Positions 57,238 through 64,000 of a DNA stretch of 64,000 nucleotides are shown piece after piece. Each line of letters begins with the position of its first letter. Position 1 is the stretch's first letter. Below the pieces are notes generated by a model. It was not told the DNA's origin. It was given only the letters and a program-made list of their open reading frames with translations, and ran no database searches. The translations under genes were made by a program, and so were the position numbers. This DNA is from Deltaproteobacteria bacterium (GTDB lineage: Bacteria > Desulfobacterota > Desulfomonilia > UBA1062). Location: NCBI GenBank assembly GCA_011046135.1, contig DSBG01000136.1, positions 9,696 through 73,695 on the forward strand, read 5' to 3'.

Positions 57238-58539
57238 ATGCCCTTTCTTGCGTTGAGTCCCCAGGAGCGTGAATCAATCCTCTCGTTCCTCGGTATCAGA
57301 TCCGAAGAGGAGCTCTTTTCCTGTATTCCGGAAGAGCTTCGGTATGCGGGATCGCTCTCCCTGGAGGGACCATACGATGAGCAGACGCTCCGCGCCCGTT
57401 TCCCCCTGCCCAGAGAAGCCGTCCTCTTCACCGGCGGAGGAGTCTACCGGCACTACGTTCCGGCTCTTGTGGATGCCGTTGCACACCGCCAGGAATTCGT
57501 CACCTCATACACCCCTTATCAGCCGGAGATCAGCCAGGGAACACTCCAGGCCATCTTCGAGTATCAGAGCATGATGGCCAGTCTCACCGGCATGGAGGCG
57601 GCAAACGCTTCCCTGTACGACGGCGCCACAGCACTGGCCGAGGCCGCGCTGATGTCCTTACGCATCAAGGGCGTCCGTCGCATTCTCATAAGTCGGGCGA
57701 CAAATCCAACCTACAGAGCTGTCGTGAGAACCTATCTCCAGCAGGTAGGTGACGTTGAGGTTCATGAAATCCCCTTTAACCCCGCCACGGGCAGCATGGA
57801 TATCTCTTCCCTGAAAAGCAGCCTGGGAAGCGATGCGGCCTTCTTCTTCCAGAATCCTAATTATTTCGGTGTAATAGAACCCATTGAGGAAATCTCAAGG
57901 ATGTCGACGGGATTCGCACTGTGGGGTGTTGTCATCAACGATGCTGTCTCGCTCGGAGTATTGAGCCCACCGGGCACGTACGGGAGCACCCTTGTCATCG
58001 GTGAAGCCCAGTCTTTCGGCAACCCTGTCTGCGGGGGTGGACCACTCCTGGGATTCTTCTGTACCACGAGGGACCATATCCGGAAAATGCCTGGCAGGAT
58101 CGTCGGGCTTACGCATGATCACAACGGAAAACAGGCGTTCTGCCTGACCCTTTCCACGCGCGAACAGCACATACGCAGGGAAAAGGCAACGTCCAACATC
58201 TGTACAAACCAGGGGTTGTGCGCCTTGAGAGCCGCCCTTTATCTGAGTGCCATGGGACCCATCGGTCTCAGGAAGGTCGCCAGCCAGTGCGCATCCGGTG
58301 CACGATACCTCAGAAAGCTGCTGTCTGCAAAAGGCATGGAGACCGTGTTCTCATGGCCTTTTTTCCACGAGTTCGTCGTCAGGATGGATGAAAAGACCTT
58401 TGAAAGGCTCGAGCAGGAGGGGATTGTTCCAGGCATCAGGATTGAATCGTTCTACCCCGAGATCTCTGACGGGGTGCTCGTAACCGTGACTGAAATGAAC
58501 ACGAAAGAGGACTGCAGATGCCTTTTGACGAGACTGTGA
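57238..58539 (+). CDS. gcvPA: Glycine dehydrogenase subunit 1
   Basis: YTPYQPEISQG.LQ..FEYQ, NASLYDG, PGRIVG, TREQHIRREKATSNICTNQ. Confidence 0.96.
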   Translation: MPFLALSPQERESILSFLGIRSEEELFSCIPEELRYAGSLSLEGPYDEQTLRARFPLPREAVLFTGGGVYRHYVPALVDAVAHRQEFVTSYTPYQPEISQGTLQAIFEYQSMMASLTGMEAANASLYDGATALAEAALMSLRIKGVRRILISRATNPTYRAVVRTYLQQVGDVEVHEIPFNPATGSMDISSLKSSLGSDAAFFFQNPNYFGVIEPIEEISRMSTGFALWGVVINDAVSLGVLSPPGTYGSTLVIGEAQSFGNPVCGGGPLLGFFCTTRDHIRKMPGRIVGLTHDHNGKQAFCLTLSTREQHIRREKATSNICTNQGLCALRAALYLSAMGPIGLRKVASQCASGARYLRKLLSAKGMETVFSWPFFHEFVVRMDEKTFERLEQEGIVPGIRIESFYPEISDGVLVTVTEMNTKEDCRCLLTRL

Positions 58540-60011
58540 GCACGTTTCCCGAACACAGGGAACCACTGCTCATAACGCTGAGTTCCCAGGGAAAAAACTC
58601 CCGGCTTGTGCCTGAACCCTTCGATGCCGGTGACCTCGATGATCTGAGACCTGCAGAACACCTTCCCGTTCTTCCGGACATCTCGGAAGTGGAGACGATC
58701 CGCCATTTCACCCGCCTCTCCCGCCTGAATTTCGGGATCGACCAGGGCATGTACCCCCTGGGGTCGTGCACCATGAAACACAACCCGAAGATCTCCGAGG
58801 AAATCCTTTCCAGATTTGCAGCCATTCATCCAGCGGATAGGCGCGCGATGCAGATCATCCTTTCGAGCATCCATACCCTGGCGGGATTTCTCCAGGAAAT
58901 CTGCGGCATGGATGCCTGTTCACTGTGGCCGGCAGCCGGCGCCCATGGAGAACTCACCGGGATGATGATCATCAAGAAGGCAGTCAAGGCAGTGGGACAG
59001 GACCGCACCACGGTGCTCGTTCCTGATACGGCACACGGGACAAACCCGGCTTCGTGCTCTATCGCCGGATTTATCACAAAAAACATCCCCTCGGGCCCGG
59101 AAGGATTCGTCACGGCCTCCCTTGTTCAGAAACATCTCGACGGAGATGTGGCCGCCCTCATGCTGACCAATCCCAACACCCTGGGCATCTTCGAACAGGA
59201 AATCTCACGGATAGCTACGATCCTGCACGAGAACGGATCGTACCTCTACATGGACGGCGCCAATCTCAATGCCATCATGGGAATCTCCAGACCGGGAGAC
59301 ATGGGAGTCGACTGCATGCACGTCAACCTGCACAAGACCTTCGGCGCTCCCCATGGGGGCGGTGGTCCCGGTGGCGGACCCGTACTGGTGAAGAAGACTC
59401 TGGAGAGGTTTCTCCCGGTTCCGAGGCTTGAAAGAGATTCCAGTGGGCTCTTCCACCTCTCCCTACACTATCCCGACAGCATCGGCATGGTACACAGCAC
59501 TCTGGGAAATGTCGGGGTTCTCATCAAGGCCCTCACCTACCTCCTGTCCGTGGGTCCCGATGGTATCAGAAAGGCGGCAGCAACGGCCTGCCTGAACGCG
59601 AATTATCTCAAGAAAAAACTCCGGGAAACCTTCGATTTACCCTACGATACGCCCACGCTGCACGAATTCGTCCTGAGCGACAGAAAACAGAAAGACGCCG
59701 GGATCACGACGATGGATATTGCAAAGATGCTTATGGATGCAGGGTTTCATCCACCCACCGTACACTTTCCCCTGGTGGTTCCCGGGGCCTTGATGATCGA
59801 ACCCACGGAGACCGAGCCGCTCAGGGAGCTTCAACGGTTTACCGATGCCATGGAGAGAATCGCAGAGATGTGTCGGAGCGGGCCGGGCTCGGTCCGGAAC
59901 AGGCCTCAGTCAACGCCGGTGACCCGGGTGGATGAGGTACACGCAGCGAGAAATCTCGTCCTGACATGGAAGGATGCTGAATCCATAGGGTCAGAGCAGG
60001 TATCTAAATGA
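58518..60011 (+). CDS. gcvPB: Glycine dehydrogenase subunit 2
   Basis: RHFTRLS, YPLGSCTMK, AGAHGE, HGTNPAS, NLHKTF (PLP Lys), PHGGGGPG, IEPTETE; start could be GTG 58536. Confidence 0.96.
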   Translation: MPFDETVSTFPEHREPLLITLSSQGKNSRLVPEPFDAGDLDDLRPAEHLPVLPDISEVETIRHFTRLSRLNFGIDQGMYPLGSCTMKHNPKISEEILSRFAAIHPADRRAMQIILSSIHTLAGFLQEICGMDACSLWPAAGAHGELTGMMIIKKAVKAVGQDRTTVLVPDTAHGTNPASCSIAGFITKNIPSGPEGFVTASLVQKHLDGDVAALMLTNPNTLGIFEQEISRIATILHENGSYLYMDGANLNAIMGISRPGDMGVDCMHVNLHKTFGAPHGGGGPGGGPVLVKKTLERFLPVPRLERDSSGLFHLSLHYPDSIGMVHSTLGNVGVLIKALTYLLSVGPDGIRKAAATACLNANYLKKKLRETFDLPYDTPTLHEFVLSDRKQKDAGITTMDIAKMLMDAGFHPPTVHFPLVVPGALMIEPTETEPLRELQRFTDAMERIAEMCRSGPGSVRNRPQSTPVTRVDEVHAARNLVLTWKDAESIGSEQVSK

Positions 60012-60610
60012 GCAAGGAAAATAAAGACCTCAGTGATGAAATCCTCGTGGGCAGGATAAAAAAAGGGGATAGGGATGCTCTGGAGGAGATTGTGAAACGG
60101 TATTCACAGAAGATCTACAATCTCGCCCTGCATGTCACGAGAGACGCAGCAGCCGCTGAAGAAATCATGCAGGAAGTTTTCCTCACCATCCTTTCCAAGA
60201 TCCACGCCCTGACTCACGATGCTTATTTCTCCACCTGGCTCTACCGGGTTGCCATGAATGCAGCGTATGGTTACCTGCGTAAGGAAAGGAAGTACACGGA
60301 GCAGACGGTTTCAGAAGATCTGGAGAACGAAACCGCTGCCGAGTACGACTGGTCATCCCTTTCCGACGATATCCTGGTTTCCGAGGAAAGCAAAGATATC
60401 CTGAGAACATCGATAGACTCACTGCCTGATACCATGAGAATGGTCGTCATTCTCAAAGACGTCGAAGGCTTCAAGAACGAGGAAATCTCCCAGGCGCTTG
60501 ATCTGAGCGTCCCGGCGGTAAAGTCACGGCTACACAGGGGGAGACTTATTCTACGCAGGGCCCTCGGCGATTACTTCAGGAGGTATTCGTATTCGGGGGC
60601 TGAAGAATGA
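60008..60610 (+). CDS. ECF RNA polymerase sigma factor
   Basis: Region 2 (AEEIMQEVF...FSTWLYRVAMN) and region 4 (LP...EG.KNEEIS..L..VKSRLHRGR). Confidence 0.93.
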   Translation: MSKENKDLSDEILVGRIKKGDRDALEEIVKRYSQKIYNLALHVTRDAAAAEEIMQEVFLTILSKIHALTHDAYFSTWLYRVAMNAAYGYLRKERKYTEQTVSEDLENETAAEYDWSSLSDDILVSEESKDILRTSIDSLPDTMRMVVILKDVEGFKNEEISQALDLSVPAVKSRLHRGRLILRRALGDYFRRYSYSGAEE

Positions 60611-60858
60611 ACTGTATGCTCTGCTCAAAACTTTTCCAGGAGTATCTCGATAACACCCTTTCCGAAGAACTCATCCATGAGCTGAACCTCCACATGGAAC
60701 ATTGCAGCAGGTGTCGCGTGTTCTTCAGAACCTACTCTCTGACGGTTACCCTCTCCAGAAAAGTCGAGCAACCCTGCTGTCCCAGTGAAGAAACGATGGA
60801 AAGGCTCACGGCACTGCTCTGTGACAAGCTCTGCTCACTTCACGGAAAACGCCCGTAG
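60607..60858 (+). CDS. Zinc-binding anti-sigma factor (zf-HC2/ZAS), soluble
   Basis: C..L..YLD..L...H...C..C motif (HMEHCSRC); overlaps the sigma stop; no TM. Confidence 0.85.
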   Translation: MNCMLCSKLFQEYLDNTLSEELIHELNLHMEHCSRCRVFFRTYSLTVTLSRKVEQPCCPSEETMERLTALLCDKLCSLHGKRP

Positions 60859-61124
60859 GTTCATCACACGGCGTTTCACGCAGAACACCGCCTCAGTCTC
60901 TTCCAGATAGATCCTGGCTTTTGTGCCTGCGATGCTCACGTCATTGTGCAGACCCAGGGGAAATCTCGAGGGTATACCCTGAACGCATCGCAGTTTTCAT
61001 CCTGGCATGACTTCTTTTCCCGCGCTGTGAACAGAACATCCACAGAACAGATCCTGTACACCCGTGAGGAACAAGAGACTGTCTGTGGCACCTATTCCAC
61101 ACAGGTGATTCCAGAGGATTTTCG

Positions 61125-61153
61125 TTGATAAATGAATGTAGTGCTGGTAAGAT
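61125..61153 (+). promoter_or_regulatory. Candidate sigma70 promoter for the glycosyltransferase operon
   Basis: TTGATA-N17-TAAGAT with a TGn extended -10. Confidence 0.5.
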
Positions 61154-61232
61154 ATTTCGTTGCCGCTGCGAACTGCTTTGCGGAGGTTGGGGAATTCTTC
61201 ATTTTCAATCGAAAGAGAGACGTTACAGTACC

Positions 61233-62528
61233 ATGTCGTTGGAGAGAAAAGTTCGATCGAGCAGCGGGATGGGGCGTACCCGTAAAGACACACGTGATCC
61301 CCTCAGCATCTGTCTGTTTACCTACCGAGGCAAACCGACCAGCGGCGGGCAAGGCGTCTACATCAGGAGACTCAGCACAGCGCTTCGAGATCTCGGTCAC
61401 CGTGTCGAGGTGGTTTCAGGACCTCCCTACCCCACTCTGGATGATGGCATCGCGCTCCACAAGTTGCCAAGCCTTGATCTGTACAATCCGGACGATCTCT
61501 TCAGGGTTCCACATATCAGGGAACTCAAAAATCCGATCAACCTCATGGAATGGCTGGGGGTATCGAGCGGCGGGTTCCCGGAACCTCTGACGTCGAGTAT
61601 TCGAGCCTTCAGATTCATGAAGGCGAACTTCCGCAAGTACGACATCCTCCACGACAACCAGTGTCTCGCCTACGGCATCCTCGGAATCAAGGCCCTTGGC
61701 CTGCCGACGGTGGCCACCATCCATCATCCCATTACTGTGGATCGCGATGTCGAGATTGATTCCGAAAGGGTCTTCTGGAGAAAATGGAAGGTCAGGAGAT
61801 GGTACTCGTTCCTTGGCATGCAGGGAAGAGTTTCCCGGAGGCTGTCACATATCATCACGGTTTCCGAAGCATCCAAGAAGGATATCAGCACTGCATTCTC
61901 CATACCACCGCACCGGTTCCGGGTGGTGGCGAATGGAATCAATACTGATATCTTTCACCCGATGCCGGACGTACCTCGGCGCGAAGACACCATCATGGTC
62001 ACCAACAGCGCGGACACTCCCCTGAAGGGACTCCGCTACCTCATCGAGGCTGTCTCGTCGATACGAAGACACCGCAACGTCACGCTCACGGTCATTGGTC
62101 AACCCAAGAAAGACGGCTTCATAGAAAAACTCGTCTATGACCTGAAAGCACACACATATGTCACCTTCACCGGCCGCATCGAAGATTCCGCCTTTGCCGA
62201 GTACTATGCCAGGGCCACATTGGCCGTCGTCCCCTCGATCTACGAAGGGTTCGGCCTGCCAGCGGGAGAGGCGATGGCATGCAGAGTCCCGGTCATCAGC
62301 ACCACTGGCGGAGCTCTTCCCGAGGTAGTTGGTGACGCCGGCGTCCTCGTTTCCCCCGGTAATGCACGCGCCCTTGAACAGGCCCTTGTTGACCTCCTGG
62401 ACAACCCCGATAAACGTGAGAGACTTGCCCTGGCAGGATATGAACGGGTGAAGAAGCATTTCACCTGGCACGCGACGGCACAAAGGGTTGTTGATGTGTA
62501 CAGGGAGGCAATCGATGCTCACGGTTGA
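61233..62528 (+). CDS. GT4 glycosyltransferase (ManT-like mannosyltransferase candidate)
   Basis: YRG.P..GGQGVY, VSGPPYP, LPSLDLY, GFPEPL, HDNQCL, TIHHPITVD, YEGFGLPAGEAMA (EX7E); start may be 61269. Confidence 0.92.
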   Translation: MSLERKVRSSSGMGRTRKDTRDPLSICLFTYRGKPTSGGQGVYIRRLSTALRDLGHRVEVVSGPPYPTLDDGIALHKLPSLDLYNPDDLFRVPHIRELKNPINLMEWLGVSSGGFPEPLTSSIRAFRFMKANFRKYDILHDNQCLAYGILGIKALGLPTVATIHHPITVDRDVEIDSERVFWRKWKVRRWYSFLGMQGRVSRRLSHIITVSEASKKDISTAFSIPPHRFRVVANGINTDIFHPMPDVPRREDTIMVTNSADTPLKGLRYLIEAVSSIRRHRNVTLTVIGQPKKDGFIEKLVYDLKAHTYVTFTGRIEDSAFAEYYARATLAVVPSIYEGFGLPAGEAMACRVPVISTTGGALPEVVGDAGVLVSPGNARALEQALVDLLDNPDKRERLALAGYERVKKHFTWHATAQRVVDVYREAIDAHG

Positions 62529-63240
62529 TTTTTCAAGGCTCGATCTGAAACCGGGAACACGGGTCCTGGACGCTGGATGCGGGGCAGGTCGGCACCTGAG
62601 TGAAGCCTTTCGATTCAAGGGCGTGGATGTCGTCGGCATCGATATGAGCCGGGATGATGCCCTGAAGGCACAAAATACCATCAAAATCATGCGGCACACC
62701 GGCGAGGATGGCGGAGGGAACGGCATGATCTTCGTGAGCGACATCACCTCGCTCCCCTTTCTCGATGAAACCTTTGATATCGTGATCTGCTCAGAGGTGC
62801 TTGAACACGTACCCGATCATGAGAAGGCCGCCCGGGAGATCTCCCGGGTTCTCAGAAAAGGGAGTTCCCTCGTGGTGAGTGTCCCCCGCTACCTGCCGGA
62901 ACGAATCTGCTGGGCGTTGTCGAAAGACTACCACTCGGAGGAAGGCGGACACATCAGGATCTACCGGAAGCGTCAGGTCATCGGGCTCCTGGAATCTGCC
63001 GGCTTCACCTGCCTGGAGATGGGATGGGCGCATTCACTGCACAGTCCGTACTGGTGGCTCAAGTGTCTGGTTGGCCACAAGAATGACGCTTCTCCCCTGG
63101 TGGCACTCTACCACCGCTTCCTTGTTTGGGACATCATGCAGAAGCCGCTGCTGACCCGTTTCCTCGACAGGATTCTCAATCCGCTCATTGCAAAAAGCAT
63201 CGTACTTTATCTGAAAAAAGGTGATCAATATGGAACGTGA
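62515..63240 (+). CDS. Class I SAM-dependent methyltransferase (MeT1-like)
   Basis: MLTVDF, LDAGCGAGRH, SEVLEH, PERICWALS..YH..GGHIRIY, AHSLHSPYWWLKC, YHRFLVWDIM; GGAGG RBS. Confidence 0.9.
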   Translation: MLTVDFSRLDLKPGTRVLDAGCGAGRHLSEAFRFKGVDVVGIDMSRDDALKAQNTIKIMRHTGEDGGGNGMIFVSDITSLPFLDETFDIVICSEVLEHVPDHEKAAREISRVLRKGSSLVVSVPRYLPERICWALSKDYHSEEGGHIRIYRKRQVIGLLESAGFTCLEMGWAHSLHSPYWWLKCLVGHKNDASPLVALYHRFLVWDIMQKPLLTRFLDRILNPLIAKSIVLYLKKGDQYGT

Positions 63241-64000
63241 TCTATCTGGCGGAAGGATTTCATCACCCCTTGACATAGATGAGCTTGCGGCATCCATTGC
63301 CTCGGTGCAGAGGGATTCCGGAGAAATTCCCTGGCACGAAGGGGGGAAAACCGATCCCTGGGATCATGTCGAGGCAGCCATCGGTCTGAGTATCGGTGGG
63401 TATTACGAGGAAGCCAGGCGTGCATTTGAATGGCTTGCCTCCACCCAGCTCGATGACGGTAGCTGGTATTCATCCTATCGCCAGGGCACTCCGGAAGACC
63501 TCACGAGAGAGAGCAACATGTCCTCGTACATTGCTGTGGGGATCTTTCACTACTACCTGATTACCCGGGACAAACATTTTCTCGAGTACATCTGGCCTAC
63601 GGTCAGTGAAGGAATCGACTTTACGGTAAACCTCCAGGCATCCGGAGGAGAAATCTACTGGGCAAGAAACCCTCACGGGATGATCGATCCCATGGCACTG
63701 CTCACCGGCTGCAGCTCCATCTATATGAGTCTCAAGTGTGCCCTTGTCCTGGCTCTTCTCCTGGGAGAAGCACGGCCACGATGGCAGGCGGCTCTTCAAA
63801 GGCTGGGTGAGGCCATCAGGTATCGCCCGCACCTCTTCAACAAGGAGAAATCCCGCTATTCCATGGACTGGTTCTATCCGGTGCTCTGCGGCGCGATTAC
63901 CGGTGCGGATGCAAAGAAACGCATGAACAAATACTGGAATACCTTCATGGTGGACGGGCTCGGGTGCCGGTGCGTATCGGACAATCCCTGGGTAACGATG
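63230..64000 (+). CDS. Prenyltransferase/squalene-oxidase-repeat (alpha/alpha barrel) protein, MmpH-like hydrolase candidate; 3'-truncated
   Basis: Not in the ORF track; ATG at 63230 overlaps the methyltransferase end and I saw no stop before the window end: MERDLS..QRDSGEIPW..DPWDHVEAA..QLDDGSW..YIAVG..LQ.SGGEIYW..SMDWFYPVL. Confidence 0.85.
   Translation, partial: MERDLSGGRISSPLDIDELAASIASVQRDSGEIPWHEGGKTDPWDHVEAAIGLSIGGYYEEARRAFEWLASTQLDDGSWYSSYRQGTPEDLTRESNMSSYIAVGIFHYYLITRDKHFLEYIWPTVSEGIDFTVNLQASGGEIYWARNPHGMIDPMALLTGCSSIYMSLKCALVLALLLGEARPRWQAALQRLGEAIRYRPHLFNKEKSRYSMDWFYPVLCGAITGADAKKRMNKYWNTFMVDGLGCRCVSDNPWVTM

Noticed and set aside
61845-62747. 300-aa minus-strand ORF
   Set aside because: Shadow of the GT4 and methyltransferase genes
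63230-64000. Squalene-hopene cyclase or true prenyltransferase call for the last gene
   Set aside because: QW-like repeats are present, but no DxDD catalytic motif in the visible part and no isoprenoid genes nearby; context favours a sugar-active barrel
1-64000. Mobile elements, prophage, defence systems, tRNA/rRNA, selenocysteine read-through
   Set aside because: No transposase, integrase, phage, toxin-antitoxin or restriction motifs; no cloverleaf; no gene visibly broken by an in-frame TGA or frameshift

Overview
A gene-dense, moderately GC-rich chromosomal window, most likely from a Desulfobacterota ('deltaproteobacterial') genome; this is inferred from gene style and gene order. I saw no CRISPR array, transposase, integrase, prophage, tRNA or rRNA. 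In order, it contains: the end of a peptide ABC transporter operon; scattered metabolic genes (ThiF/MoeB, flavin reductase, amidohydrolase, DnaJ-like, XRE-cupin plus acyl-CoA dehydrogenase, DUF4139, UbiE/MenG, MalQ, PpiD); an ExbB/ExbD pair with no TonB; a secreted hydrolase plus thermonuclease; a receiver-DHp protein; a GspE-N/FlhG-like fusion ATPase; and mutS. These are followed by a sigma54-driven flagellar block (fliK-flgD-flgE; motA-motB-motB-fliLMNOPQR), a four-gene PRTase/diguanylate cyclase/HAD/MFS unit, a type II secretion block gspF-N lacking gspC/D/E, then thiN, rfbC, RNase Z-like, nadE, RNase P RNA, folD-gcvT-gcvH-gcvPA-gcvPB and an ECF sigma/anti-sigma pair. At the right edge is a GT4-methyltransferase-(alpha/alpha) barrel triad. 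The best leads are: (1) that triad, which resembles the mycobacterial methylmannose-polysaccharide cluster (ManT/MeT1/MmpH); (2) the guanine-nucleotide/c-di-GMP cassette between the secretion and flagellar operons; (3) the MinD/FlhG ATPase carrying a T2SS-ATPase N-domain; and (4) a tandem MotB lacking the essential ion-binding Asp. All family assignments come from motif recognition by eye; no database searches were run.
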